Of a stretch of 64,000 nucleotides of DNA, positions 10,481-20,927 are shown in pieces (the first letter of the stretch is position 1; each line of letters begins with the position of its first letter). Made by a program: the position numbers and the translations under genes. The notes under the pieces were generated by a model, which saw nothing but the letters and a program-made list of their open reading frames with translations, was not told the origin of the DNA and ran no database searches. The stretch covers positions 3,968,001 to 4,032,000 of the forward strand of contig OZ255836.1 of the NCBI GenBank assembly GCA_965277715.1, given 5' to 3'. The DNA is from Gammaproteobacteria bacterium. Its GTDB lineage: Bacteria > Pseudomonadota > Gammaproteobacteria > JBCCGL01.

Positions 10481-10632
10481 GTCGGCAACTGCTCCTGCGT
10501 TGCTCTATCTTCTGTGTCCCTACAGTCGTCGGCAACTGCTCCTGCGTTGCTCTATCTTCTGTGTCCCTACAGTCGTCGGCAACTGCTCCTGCGTTGCTCT
10601 AGCTCCTGTATCCATACAGTCGTCGGCAACTG
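10481..10632. repeat. 47-bp tandem repeat, 3 full copies plus a partial
   Basis: gtcggcaactgctcctgcgttgctcta... starts at 10481, 10528, 10575 and 10622; no unique spacers. Confidence 0.95.
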
Positions 10633-10754
10633 TTTCTGTGGAAAATAAGATATAAATCCCGTGCGCAGTTGTCCTTCTCTTACTAACGCAAGTGGCACTA
10701 TCTGCATGGTTTGAGTAGCTGGTACATATTTGACCCATCGCGTACTATCGCACT

Positions 10755-11672
10755 ATGCAAATCGCCAACCCAATCTACGATGTCGTCTTCAAATACCTGA
10801 TGGCCGACGAGCGCGCCGCCAAGCTGATTATTGGTGAAATCATCGGTATGGACGTCATCGACATCGCCCTGCAACCGCAAGAGCGCCTGGCCAACCTGCC
10901 TGAAAAAAACCTCACTGTCTACCGACTCGATTTTTCCGCCAGGATTAAAACCCGCGATGGGCAGTTCAAACAAGTCATTATTGAAATCCAGAAAGCCAAA
11001 TACACCAGCGATATTATGCGTTTCCGGCGCTACCTGGGGCAGCAGTACAGCGATGAAAAAAACGTCCACGAGACTGTTTCGGCCACGGGGCACAGTACAT
11101 ATCAGGCGCTACCAATTATTACCATCTACTTTTTGGGCCATACGCTCAACCACTGCACAGCATCCGTTATCAAAGTAGGCCGAATCTATACCGATGCGAT
11201 TACCGGCGAAACACTGGTCGACAAAGAAACCTTTATCGAAAGCCTGACCCACGACAGCTATGTGGTACAAATTCCCTACCTGAAAGCCCAACGCCGCAAC
11301 GACCTGGAGAAACTACTGGAAATATTCGACCAGGACCTACAGGTGGAGAACAGGCACAGACTGTCGATTGATGAGACGCTGTTTCCAAAGAAATACCACG
11401 TATTGATCAGGCGTTTGCAGGCGGCGATTAGTGAGCCAGAGGTTATCGACACCATGCAGATTGAAGACGAGATACTGCTGGAACTGCAAAACAAGGAACG
11501 CGAGATCGAGGCAAAAGAACAACTGGTTGAAGAACAAAGCAAAGCGCTTGAGGAAAAAGACCAGATTGTCAGGGAACAAGGGCAAGCACTTGAGAAAAAA
11601 GATCAGATACTCAAAGATAAAGACAAATTAATCGATGAACTAAAAAGCCAACTCAAGCGATTATCTGAGTAG
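10755..11672 (+). CDS. Rpn-like PD-(D/E)XK nuclease (second subfamily) with C-terminal heptad repeats
   Basis: IANPIYDVVFKYLM, RLDFSA...VIIEIQK, RFRRYLG; near-identical to 54114..55094. Confidence 0.82.
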   Translation: MQIANPIYDVVFKYLMADERAAKLIIGEIIGMDVIDIALQPQERLANLPEKNLTVYRLDFSARIKTRDGQFKQVIIEIQKAKYTSDIMRFRRYLGQQYSDEKNVHETVSATGHSTYQALPIITIYFLGHTLNHCTASVIKVGRIYTDAITGETLVDKETFIESLTHDSYVVQIPYLKAQRRNDLEKLLEIFDQDLQVENRHRLSIDETLFPKKYHVLIRRLQAAISEPEVIDTMQIEDEILLELQNKEREIEAKEQLVEEQSKALEEKDQIVREQGQALEKKDQILKDKDKLIDELKSQLKRLSE

Positions 11673-11873
11673 GTTGCAAAAAATTGCTAATGGGTCAAAC
11701 CTCAATTTTGGCATGCGTATCGACACCGAATTCAACGTTAGTTAATCAGCAACCCAATTACAGTACTCTGCATAATTTCAAGTTTTGAGTCGATCTGGCA
11801 GGTCATAGGGGTGAGGGAATACAGAAAAAGACCACTTTGGCCCACTCTCTGTTTTCCCACCTAACCCATAAAT

Positions 11874-11901
11874 CTGTGGCGGCGCCTGTACACCGCCACA
11901 G
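11874..11901 (-). terminator. Hairpin downstream of the aminotransferase
   Basis: ctgtggcgg-N10-ccgccacag. Confidence 0.5.
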
Positions 11902-11921
11902 GCCATTCGGGATTTAAATTA

Positions 11922-13289
11922 TTAGCTTCCCAGTACCTCAATGATGGCTTCGTTGGTGATTTCAACGATGCTGTCGAGCGTCGCTTCGTCGGTGGTCAGC
12001 GGTGGCGCTATGCAAATCACTTCGCTGCGTACACGGGTGTAAAGGTTGCGGGCCATTAATGCTTTGGTGAGTTTGCCGCCAAGGTTGAATTCGGGTTCAA
12101 ACCAGGATTTGTCGGCTTTGTCTTTGACCACTTCAACACCCATCATTAAGCCCAGGCCGCGCACATTGCCCACGTGTGGGTGGCTGTCCAGCGTTGAATG
12201 CAGGTTTTCCAGCATACGTTTGCCTTTGTCCGCCGCCTGGCCGGGCAGGTCTTCCCGCTCAATAATGTCGAGTGTCGCCAGGCCCACGGCACACATTGTC
12301 GGGTGGCCGCTGTAGGTGTAGGCGTGCATCCACGGCTTGCCACTGTTGTTGAGGGTGTCGGCGATTTCATCGCTGATGCCAATGCCGCCGAGTGGTACGG
12401 CGCCAGAGGTGATTGATTTGGCAAATTGCACTAAATCGGGCTGTACGCCGTAGTGTTCCAGGCCAAACATTTTTCCGGTGCGACCAAACCCGGTGATGAC
12501 TTCATCGGCGACTAGCAGTACGTCGTATTTGTCGCAGATTTCACGGATGCGTGGAAAGTAGTCGTCCTGTGCGACGATGACGCCGCCCGCCCCCTGTACA
12601 GGCTCGGCGATGAACATGGCCACGGTTTCCGGGCCTTCGGCGAGGATGGCTTTTTCCAGTTCGTTCGCCGCTGCAATACCCTGTGAGGAGCCGTCTTCTG
12701 GCATCGGGTAGTGGTAGGGGTCGGGTGATGGGATGTGGCTAAAGCCGGGAATGCGGGGTTCAAACATGGGCCAGTAACCGCTGATGCCGGTTGCGCACAT
12801 GGCGGCGAAGGTCACGCCGTGGTAGCCCCAGATGCGAGAGATGACTTTGGTTTTTTCCGGTTTGCCTTTCAGTTTCCAGTAAGAGCGCGCCAGTTTGAAG
12901 TTGCTGTCGGTACTCTCGCCGCCACCGGAGGTGAAGTAGAAGTTGTTGATCTGTGGGTAGCAGATACCGGCCAGGCGTTCGGCCAGCTCAATCGCGGGCC
13001 GGTTGGTGCCGCCCGCGTAGCTTGAGCAAAATGCCATTTCGTTCATTTGTTTGGCGGCGGCATCGGCCAGTTCTTTGCGGCCATGTCCTGCGCTGACGTT
13101 CCATAAGCACGATAGGCCATCGATAAATTTGTTGCCATCGGCGTCGATGAGGTGAGAACCCTCACCGCGTACCCAGACGCGGCCATTGGTATGGCCCGCC
13201 GGGCTGTGCAGGGGGTGGATCATGTGTTTGTGGTCTTTTTCCAGCAGTGCCGCGTTTTCAGATACGGCTTCGCTTGCAGATGCGCTCAT
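11922..13289 (-). CDS. Class III PLP aminotransferase (omega-amine/polyamine type)
   Basis: FTSGGGES, GYHG, AEPVQGAGG, ADEVITGFGRTG, FAKSITSG; GGAGG RBS before ATG 13289. Confidence 0.93.
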   Translation of the reverse strand: MSASASEAVSENAALLEKDHKHMIHPLHSPAGHTNGRVWVRGEGSHLIDADGNKFIDGLSCLWNVSAGHGRKELADAAAKQMNEMAFCSSYAGGTNRPAIELAERLAGICYPQINNFYFTSGGGESTDSNFKLARSYWKLKGKPEKTKVISRIWGYHGVTFAAMCATGISGYWPMFEPRIPGFSHIPSPDPYHYPMPEDGSSQGIAAANELEKAILAEGPETVAMFIAEPVQGAGGVIVAQDDYFPRIREICDKYDVLLVADEVITGFGRTGKMFGLEHYGVQPDLVQFAKSITSGAVPLGGIGISDEIADTLNNSGKPWMHAYTYSGHPTMCAVGLATLDIIEREDLPGQAADKGKRMLENLHSTLDSHPHVGNVRGLGLMMGVEVVKDKADKSWFEPEFNLGGKLTKALMARNLYTRVRSEVICIAPPLTTDEATLDSIVEITNEAIIEVLGS

Positions 13290-13555
13290 TGGCAACCTCC
13301 GAGTGTAAAGTGTCTAGGTTATACCCCTGGCAGAGGGATACCATCGAAGGTTCAAATGTGCCAGAAGGAGGGGCATTATCGCTGTGTGGCAGCGGTTTTC
13401 GCAAGCGCCAGTTTATGTGGGGTTATGGGGTGGGTTGGCCCAAATAGTGGTGGGTATATTTGATTGTTTTCGCCGTTATTTGGCGGTTGTCTTTTTCCGC
13501 TGTTTCTGTGGAAAGTGGATTGATGCTAATTGCTGGTAGTACGAGTAGGTTTTTG

Positions 13556-14977
13556 TTATTGACGCCATCCCCGTGCCATGTCGATGGCGCGTTTAAATTG
13601 CTTGTGGTATTTCCCAAAATCGCCATCGGGTTGATACGCTATTTCTGGCTGGTTATGCGGCTGTAGTGAAATTTTATCGGCACCGGCCAGTTGTGCAGTG
13701 CCTATCGCGGTGAGTTCTGCCATGGGTTTTACGCGCACAGTGCGGGATAACACATTGGCGAGAAACTGACAGAAGTAAGGGTTGACCGAGACACCGCCGT
13801 CAATGGAAATGCTGTCCGCTACGCGGGTGAAGGTGCTCATCGCGTCGATGACTTCGCCCGCCCGGAATGCCACGCCTTCGAGGATCGATTGCATAAGGTC
13901 CTGCTTTGTCGTCTCTAATGACAACCCTGCCCATATCCCCGCTGCCCGCCTGTCCCAATGCGGGCAGGCGAGTCCCGCCAACGCAGGGACAAACACGAGG
14001 TCTCGTTCAATTGCGGCGGGATGCTGGAATTGGTTGATTTGTGCGTAGTCGTCGAATAAGCCCATTTTCCGCCCCCATTCAACCGCTGACCCAGCACAGT
14101 AAACACCGCCATCAAGCGCATAAACTGGCGGGCTTTTGCTGTGTTGCCAGGCAATCGTGGGCAGTAGTCCCTGTTCCGGGGAGCGCTGTACGTCGCTACC
14201 GGTGATGCTTAATGCAAAGGCACCAGTGCCAAAGGTGATTTTGGCGTCTCCTTTATTGCGGCAGCCATGCCCATAAAGTGATGCCTGTTGATCGACGACG
14301 CTGGCCGTTACGGGAATACTGCGCCCCTGCGATGTTATCGTTGCCAGCGCGCCAGTGGTGGGTACTATTTCCGGTAGTGCGGCTAAAGGTACGTGAAATA
14401 GTGCGCAGAGTTCCCGGTCCCAGTGGCCGGTTTGCAGGTTCATCAATGCGGTTCTCGATGCGGTGGTGATATCGGTGATAAATTTCCCGGCCAATCGATC
14501 CATGAAAAAGGCGTCGGTGGTGCCCAGGCGCAATTTGCCCTGGTGCAATAGGGTTTTTGCCCCGGGTATGTGCGTGACTATCCAGGCTAACTTGCTCGCC
14601 GAAAAATATGGGTCGAGTGGCAATCCTGACAATTCCAGTACCCGCGCCTCGTGACCCGCTTTCCTGAGTTGTTCAATGTTTGATTGTGTTCGGTTATCCT
14701 GCCAAACGATGACCGGGCTAATGGCCTGTTTGGTCTCGGCGTGCCAGGCCAGACAGCTCTCACCCTGGTTATCGATACCCATCGCATCGACGGGCGGGCT
14801 TGTCGATAGGCAGGTTTCAATACTGGCAATCAATTCGTCTGGATCGTGTTCTACCCAACCCGGCTGCGGGTAGAATTGTCGATGCTTAACCACCTGGGTG
14901 ATGGTGACCCGGCCATCGTCGCCAACGCACAGTGCGCGGGTACTGGTGGTGCCCTGGTCTATTGCAAGAATTGGCAT
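13556..14977 (-). CDS. Glycerol kinase-like FGGY carbohydrate kinase
   Basis: LAIDQGTTSTR, PGWVEHDP, VIVWQDNR, DPYFSASK, VDQQASL, KITFGTGAF. Confidence 0.9.
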   Translation of the reverse strand: MPILAIDQGTTSTRALCVGDDGRVTITQVVKHRQFYPQPGWVEHDPDELIASIETCLSTSPPVDAMGIDNQGESCLAWHAETKQAISPVIVWQDNRTQSNIEQLRKAGHEARVLELSGLPLDPYFSASKLAWIVTHIPGAKTLLHQGKLRLGTTDAFFMDRLAGKFITDITTASRTALMNLQTGHWDRELCALFHVPLAALPEIVPTTGALATITSQGRSIPVTASVVDQQASLYGHGCRNKGDAKITFGTGAFALSITGSDVQRSPEQGLLPTIAWQHSKSPPVYALDGGVYCAGSAVEWGRKMGLFDDYAQINQFQHPAAIERDLVFVPALAGLACPHWDRRAAGIWAGLSLETTKQDLMQSILEGVAFRAGEVIDAMSTFTRVADSISIDGGVSVNPYFCQFLANVLSRTVRVKPMAELTAIGTAQLAGADKISLQPHNQPEIAYQPDGDFGKYHKQFKRAIDMARGWRQ

Positions 14978-15023
14978 GGTGACTCCATACGAGCGCCTAA
15001 ACCCGACAGGCTCCAGGCGCCGT

Positions 15024-15926
15024 TTAGTGATTGAATAACGTTCTGCGTACTGATTCGGTAATCGCCACTACGGCGGGGTGTTTGAGTTTGCGCTCGGTCG
15101 ATATGGCAAAGTAGGCTTCTTCGACTCCTTCAGCCGATCCAAGCCGCCGGGCGTGGTACATCAATGACACCTCATCAGTGATCACCGTTGGCGCTGGAAA
15201 CACACCAATCCCGGCCTGACCACAGGCTTTTAATAATGCGCTATCGTCAAATTCGGCAATAACACGAGGCACAATGCCCATTTGATCGAACCAGCTATCA
15301 AGGCTGTGCCGCAGTGCATTTTGAGGGGAGGGCAGTAACATGGGGGCCTGATCCAATGAGTGCGGAAAATGTTTACTGTAACGACGGGCAATGCGCGTAT
15401 GGGCAAAAAAACTGATAGCGCTCGAACCCAGCCGGTGGTTATACGCTTTAACGTGTGTGCCCGGTGGTATTGATCGATCTGAGATAATCAGGTCGAGTCG
15501 ATGAACTGCCAGGTCTGCCAGCAATGACGCTAAATCATTTTCGCTACAAACAATCCGCAGCGTCTCTTTCAATGAGAAGACCGGCTCGATCACGCGTAGC
15601 GCGATTATTTTTGCAATCGGATTGACAATCCCAACACGAAAGCTATCCACCATTAGTGTCTGTTTGCTCTTGACCCGTTGCGCTAGTTCACTGCCAAGAT
15701 TAAAAATTTCCTCGGCATAGTGATTGACAACGTGCCCCGTCTCTGTGAGCGCCAGGCCACGACCCATGCGATTAAACAACGGCTCGCCAATGGTGTGTTC
15801 AAGCAGTTTCAACTGACCGCTGATGGTTTGTGGTGTCAGGTGAAGTACCTCTGCCGCTTTCTTCACGCTCCCCTCGCGTGCCACCGTGCAAAAATACATC
15901 AGGTGAGTGTAATTAAGGTGTCGCAT
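15024..15926 (-). CDS. nhaR: Na+-responsive LysR activator NhaR
   Basis: LNYTHLMYF..VAREGS, LHLTPQTISGQ, AEFDDSALLKA, ERKLKHPAV; divergent from nhaA. Confidence 0.92.
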   Translation of the reverse strand: MRHLNYTHLMYFCTVAREGSVKKAAEVLHLTPQTISGQLKLLEHTIGEPLFNRMGRGLALTETGHVVNHYAEEIFNLGSELAQRVKSKQTLMVDSFRVGIVNPIAKIIALRVIEPVFSLKETLRIVCSENDLASLLADLAVHRLDLIISDRSIPPGTHVKAYNHRLGSSAISFFAHTRIARRYSKHFPHSLDQAPMLLPSPQNALRHSLDSWFDQMGIVPRVIAEFDDSALLKACGQAGIGVFPAPTVITDEVSLMYHARRLGSAEGVEEAYFAISTERKLKHPAVVAITESVRRTLFNH

Positions 15927-16114
15927 CTTTAGTATCGACGATTAAGTAATTTATTGGTGTACAGATAATTGATGTACTCTAGGGGAATGGGGTTAAGCGC
16001 CGAGGGCAATCGCAACCTTCTGGCCGTAAAGTAGCGTGCAGTGGTGAATGTAGTCATAGCAATCCCGGTATTGAATGATGGCAGTGTTTTTCACTCTTTT
16101 GAATGAGTATGAAA

Positions 16115-16172
16115 ATCGATGTTTATCGATACTCACTTCGAAAATATCGAATAGTAACATCGAAAACTACGT
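16115..16172. promoter_or_regulatory. Tandem TCGA-containing LysR-type boxes, candidate NhaR operator
   Basis: ATCGATGTTTATCGAT, TTCGAAAATATCGAA (contains T-N11-A), ATCGAAAACTACG between nhaR and the nhaA unit. Confidence 0.55.
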
Positions 16173-16241
16173 GCCTTCGAGTCTTTTGACCGCTGTATAT
16201 TGGCAGCGTATTCAGTTTCTACTCACGACACGGTATTGCCA

Positions 16242-16577
16242 ATGGTTTCACGTATTCTAAAGCGAGTGCTATCGATTACGGTAGCGTTTATAGTATTTGG
16301 CTTTATCGATAATTTTTTTATGGTGATTTTTGGTAATCAGATCGATATAGCATTTATTACTATGGGGGTAACCAATACGATGCTGGCGGCTGGGTTGGGC
16401 AATACGCTGTCGGACGCTATTGGTATTTTATCTGGTCGCTGGGTGGAAAAACTGGTACACCTGAAGTTGCCGGTTCCCGACGATGGTTTGTTATCAAAAA
16501 ATCAAATTATTGCCGCAGAAACTTTTGGGATAATTGTCGGTTGTCTGATCGGTCTCTTTCCGTTGTTTATTTTATAA
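16242..16577 (+). CDS. TMEM65-like small membrane protein (111 aa)
   Basis: FGFIDNFFMV..G..ID, TMLAAGLGNTLSD, GIIVGCLIGLFPL match recalled TMEM65 motifs FGFLDNAIM, STMAAAALGNLVSD, GCILGMFPL. Confidence 0.85.
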   Translation: MVSRILKRVLSITVAFIVFGFIDNFFMVIFGNQIDIAFITMGVTNTMLAAGLGNTLSDAIGILSGRWVEKLVHLKLPVPDDGLLSKNQIIAAETFGIIVGCLIGLFPLFIL

Positions 16578-16680
16578 TGTTTTATATGTTTAAGGCGTTA
16601 GCACAGGTTTATCTTGTAATAAAAACTTACAAATTATATTTGTGTGAAAAATAGTTAAATTATTGAGTATTGTCTAAATT

Positions 16681-17880
16681 ATGAACACCAGAAGTGAATC
16701 ACTGCCCATCGCACAGGCGTTGCGCGATTTTATGAAACTTGAATCGGCTGCGGGAATTCTTTTATTGATCACCGCAGCGCTTGCCATGGTGGCAGCGAAT
16801 ACGCCCATGGTGGCGCTTTATAATAGCCTGTTAGATACGCCCGTGGCTTTTCAGGTCGGTGCATTGGTTATCCAGAAACCTCTGTTACTGTGGGTCAACG
16901 ATGGACTGATGGCCATTTTTTTCTTTCTTATCGGATTAGAGATTAAGCGCGAGTTTCTCGAAGGGGAGCTGTCGTCTGCCTCCCAAGTCATGCTACCGGG
17001 TATGGGCGCGCTTGGTGGGATGGTCGTACCGGCGGGAATCTATGCGTGGATTAACTGGAACGATGCAATTGCGTTGGATGGTTGGGCAATTCCGGTAGCG
17101 ACAGATATTGCATTTGCATTGGCACTATTGACTGTCTTTGGTAGGCGCGTGCCTATCGCGCTCAAAATCTTTTTACTGACGCTGGCTATATTTGACGATC
17201 TGGCGGCTATTGTCATCATTGCATTGTTTTATTCCGGTGACCTCTCGCTGACCGCTTTATTGGTTGGTGGTACCGCCTTGGCGATAGCCATCGGTATGAA
17301 CCGAATAGGCATCACGAGCACATCGGGTTACATTCTTTTGGGCGTTGTGTTGTGGGTGGCCGTGTTGAAGTCCGGCGTGCACGCAACGCTGGCCGGTGTG
17401 CTGTTGGCATTTTGTATTCCTATGCGTGATAAACAAGGCAATTCACCGTTGCGGGAATTGGAGCACAATCTGCACGGCCCCGTTGCGTTTGCGATCCTGC
17501 CTCTATTTGCGTTTGCGAATGCAGGCTTGCCGCTATTGGATGTAGGGTTGGACGATCTTTTTCATCCCGTTACCACGGGTATTGCCGTCGGATTGTTTTT
17601 GGGTAAGCCTGTAGGCATATTGCTGGTTGTCGGTTTGGCGGTGTTATTGAAGTGGGCTGCATTGCCAAAAGGCGTGACCTGGGGGCAGCTATTGGGTGTG
17701 TCATTCGCCTGTGGCATTGGGTTTACCATGAGTCTTTTTATTGCGGGCCTGGCATTTGAGCATGGCAGTGGTGATTATTATGCCGGTGACCGGCTCGGGA
17801 TAGTGGTTGGTTCTGTTTTATCCGCCGTTTTCGCCTACCTGGTATTGCACATCAGTTTGCCAAAATTGCGCAATAACTGA
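16681..17880 (+). CDS. nhaA: Na+/H+ antiporter NhaA
   Basis: WVNDGLMAIFF, GLEIKRE, ATDIAFA, LAIFDD, KSGVHATLAG, GIGFTMSLFI. Confidence 0.97.
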   Translation: MNTRSESLPIAQALRDFMKLESAAGILLLITAALAMVAANTPMVALYNSLLDTPVAFQVGALVIQKPLLLWVNDGLMAIFFFLIGLEIKREFLEGELSSASQVMLPGMGALGGMVVPAGIYAWINWNDAIALDGWAIPVATDIAFALALLTVFGRRVPIALKIFLLTLAIFDDLAAIVIIALFYSGDLSLTALLVGGTALAIAIGMNRIGITSTSGYILLGVVLWVAVLKSGVHATLAGVLLAFCIPMRDKQGNSPLRELEHNLHGPVAFAILPLFAFANAGLPLLDVGLDDLFHPVTTGIAVGLFLGKPVGILLVVGLAVLLKWAALPKGVTWGQLLGVSFACGIGFTMSLFIAGLAFEHGSGDYYAGDRLGIVVGSVLSAVFAYLVLHISLPKLRNN

Positions 17881-17900
17881 GAATATATAAAACTCAACAC

Positions 17901-18470
17901 TTAATTCGCCATGAGCACCTGATCGATTGCGCTAATGATGTGATCCAAACCCTCATCAAGCCCTTTCATCTGATAGTGAATTCGCCCGTGTTTATCGAGC
18001 ACAGTGATCATATTGGAATGCGCAATATCATTCCCCTCACTATCCATCGGTTTATAGCGCACACCAATTAGCGCCGATAGTTCTAATACATCGTCGGGGT
18101 CGCCGTTTAGTATGTTCCAGACACCGTTTACCAGGGTGTGATCGCGCATGTAGCGAACCAGAACATCGGGTGTGTCACGCACTGGGTCGAGCGATATTAA
18201 CAAAAATTGAATGTGCTTTTTTTGTTCTGCCGATAACGTCGCCTCTAGACTTTTTAACCTGGCTAGAATAATCGGACAACTGTGTTCACAGTAGGTATAG
18301 ATAAATGCTACAACCTGCACTTTGCCAGTAAAATCGCTGATTGTGATTGGGGTGCTATTTTGATCGACCCAATTGGAATTAGCGTGATAGATCGAATCAC
18401 CGGGTAACTCGGCAGCGATAGCGTATCCAGGGAAGAAAAATATCAGCAGAAATAATTTAATTGTTTTCAT
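17901..18470 (-). CDS. SCO1/SenC copper chaperone
   Basis: Signal peptide, YTYCEHSCP (CxxxC), SLDPVRDTP, IAHSN. Confidence 0.9.
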   Translation of the reverse strand: MKTIKLFLLIFFFPGYAIAAELPGDSIYHANSNWVDQNSTPITISDFTGKVQVVAFIYTYCEHSCPIILARLKSLEATLSAEQKKHIQFLLISLDPVRDTPDVLVRYMRDHTLVNGVWNILNGDPDDVLELSALIGVRYKPMDSEGNDIAHSNMITVLDKHGRIHYQMKGLDEGLDHIISAIDQVLMAN

Positions 18471-19293
18471 TGTCATGCCCCCTAGAATTGGTTGCTGTGG
18501 CATCGTCACTGTCTGTATTTTTTGCGCAGCGAAACCCCAGTGATTCCATTGTGTAACTCGCCCGGTAACTGCTGCGCAAGGCGTATCGCATAAACGCGGC
18601 ATAATCACTCGGATCGATCGCAGCGGCTGCACCTGCACCGCAAAATAATTGGCTTTCCAATTGTGTATCACCACGGGATTCTCCCGTCACCAGTGCGGTA
18701 TTAAAATCACTCACTAACTCCCATACGATGCCGTGCATACCGTGGACTCCCCAGAAATTGGCGGGTGTATCGTCAATATTGGGTAGTGGATCGCTTGCCG
18801 GTCTGGCGTACCAGTCGAGTATTGTGCGCTGAAATTGTGGGTCTTCATTACCGTTTGCAGCACTGGCGCTCGCCTGGGCGGCGAATTCCCACTCGCCGGT
18901 TGATGGCAGGCGTTTACCGAGTGATTTGCAATAGGCGCGTGCCGCAAACCACGGGATATTCACCACAGGCTGGTTGGCGACAGCGGGAAAACTCTCTGCC
19001 GATAGATGTTTTAGGTAATTTGCGTCGCTGAAAATGGGTTTTATATTGTGTTTTTTCCAACGGGGGACTTTATCAGTGAAGGCAAGATAGTCCTTATTGC
19101 TAACTGCAAATCGATCGAGTACAAATGCGTTAATCTCAATGTCGCTGGAACCGTCGGCGCGCTTGAACAACGGTGAGTAGCGCCCACCAGGTATCAATAC
19201 CATCGTGTCACTGGCGTGTACTGCCCACGAATGTGCAATTAAAAGCAGGCCACCGCACCATGCCGTGGCCCGCTTTCTGTACAGCGCGTTCAT
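18457..19293 (-). CDS. FGE-sulfatase domain protein (NirV-like), nirK-associated
   Basis: PVVNIPWFAARAYC, RLPSTGEWE, MHGIVWE, GFRCA. Confidence 0.85.
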   Translation of the reverse strand: MNALYRKRATAWCGGLLLIAHSWAVHASDTMVLIPGGRYSPLFKRADGSSDIEINAFVLDRFAVSNKDYLAFTDKVPRWKKHNIKPIFSDANYLKHLSAESFPAVANQPVVNIPWFAARAYCKSLGKRLPSTGEWEFAAQASASAANGNEDPQFQRTILDWYARPASDPLPNIDDTPANFWGVHGMHGIVWELVSDFNTALVTGESRGDTQLESQLFCGAGAAAAIDPSDYAAFMRYALRSSYRASYTMESLGFRCAKNTDSDDATATNSRGHDNENN

Positions 19294-19297
19294 CGTC

Positions 19298-20722
19298 TCA
19301 GTGCTGTGCGCGTTTTGCGGCAACTTGCTGTGGTGTAATTTCACCGCCGTTGTTACCCCAGCTGTTCAAGATGAAAGTCAGCACATTGGCCATTTTTTCA
19401 TCACCTAGCTGTACCGCAGGCATAATGCCTTTATAGTTTTGTCCATTGACGGTAATTTTTCCTGACAAACCTTTTAGCAATACGTCGATTGCACGTGATG
19501 GGTCGCTTAGTAAGTAGTCTGAACCGGCGAGTGGTGGAAACGCGTTTGTAATACCCGTGCCGTTTGCCTGGTGGCAGGCGGCACAGTTTTGTTGATACAC
19601 GCGTTCACCAAATAAAATGCGCTCGGATTTATTTTTAGCGCCTGCGGCGGGGATACCACTGGCAATTGTTTGTATACCCCCACCTTCGGGTAGGTACACA
19701 GTCTCCTGTTGTTTACCTGAATAAATTACCGAATCGTCTGCGCCGTTGACTTTCAACATACCCAGCGCACCTTTGTTAAATGCGCGGAAAATAGCGTGAT
19801 CGACGAGGATAAATGTACCCGGCACATCGACGCGAAACTCGACCACCACGGAGCCACCTGCGGGCACCAGTGTCGATTGCACGTTGTGATTAATCAGGTC
19901 ACCGCCTTCAACGTAGACATTATCAAAAATTTCGCCGATCACGTGAAATGATGAAACTAAATTAGGGCCGCCATTGCCCACGAATAAGCGCACTGTTTCA
20001 CCGACATTAGCGGTTATCGCATTATCGCCCGCCATCGCTCCGACCGAACCATTGAACACAACATAATCAGGTATTTCGCTGAGCGCTTTTTGCATATCGA
20101 AGGGTTGCAAACCTTCTTCACCGTAACCCCCGTGCGTGTAAAATTCGCTTTGCATCACGTAATATTCTTTATCTACTTTGGGTAGCCCATCTTCTGGCTC
20201 AACCAAAATCAGCCCGTACATACCGTTGGCAATATGCATACCGACCGGCGCCGTTGCGCAATGGTAAACATACAGGCCGGGGTTGATTGCTTTAAATGAA
20301 AACTGTGAAGAGTGGCCGGGTGCGGTGAACGAGGACGTCGCGCCGCCGCCAGGCCCGGTTACTGCGTGTAAATCAATATTGTGGGGCATTTTGCTGGTCG
20401 GGTGATTGTTGAGATGAAACTCGATTTCATCGCCTTCACGAACGCGGATAAAATGGCCTGGCACATCACCACCAAATGTCCAGAAAGTGTATTCAACACC
20501 ATCGGAAAGCCGTCCGACTTTCTCTATTGTATCCAGGTTGATAATCACCTTCGCCGGATAGTTCCGCGTAATGGGTGGCGGTACCTGCGGTGCCACGGTG
20601 AGTTGTGCATGTTCTTCGGGCAATGCCGCGTTAGCGACTGAGAAGTATGACATTGCCAGTACAACAGACAGGGCTTTTAACCACGGCTCGATACATCTCG
20701 ATTGCGCTTTCTCACGTTTCAT
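19298..20722 (-). CDS. nirK: Copper nitrite reductase with C-terminal cytochrome c domain
   Basis: [40 protein letters not shown]; C-terminal CAACH heme motif. Confidence 0.96.
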   Translation of the reverse strand: MKREKAQSRCIEPWLKALSVVLAMSYFSVANAALPEEHAQLTVAPQVPPPITRNYPAKVIINLDTIEKVGRLSDGVEYTFWTFGGDVPGHFIRVREGDEIEFHLNNHPTSKMPHNIDLHAVTGPGGGATSSFTAPGHSSQFSFKAINPGLYVYHCATAPVGMHIANGMYGLILVEPEDGLPKVDKEYYVMQSEFYTHGGYGEEGLQPFDMQKALSEIPDYVVFNGSVGAMAGDNAITANVGETVRLFVGNGGPNLVSSFHVIGEIFDNVYVEGGDLINHNVQSTLVPAGGSVVVEFRVDVPGTFILVDHAIFRAFNKGALGMLKVNGADDSVIYSGKQQETVYLPEGGGIQTIASGIPAAGAKNKSERILFGERVYQQNCAACHQANGTGITNAFPPLAGSDYLLSDPSRAIDVLLKGLSGKITVNGQNYKGIMPAVQLGDEKMANVLTFILNSWGNNGGEITPQQVAAKRAQH

Positions 20723-20927
20723 TTTCAATACCCTCAAGGTGAGTAATTTTTCTCATAGATACTTGCGTATCTTGGCCATTTAGAAATATTGTGATTTGGG
20801 CAGGTCGATGTTTTAAAAATTGAAAGTTCGATCAGGCGCACCTGTATTAATACCCACGACCATAATCTCTTCACTTAATTATTAATGGCTGTACCGTTTT
20901 AGGATACTGATTAAGATCGAGTTTTTA

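Noticed and set aside
10481-10632. CRISPR array
   Set aside because: Units are contiguous 47-mers with no unique spacers, and no cas genes are present.
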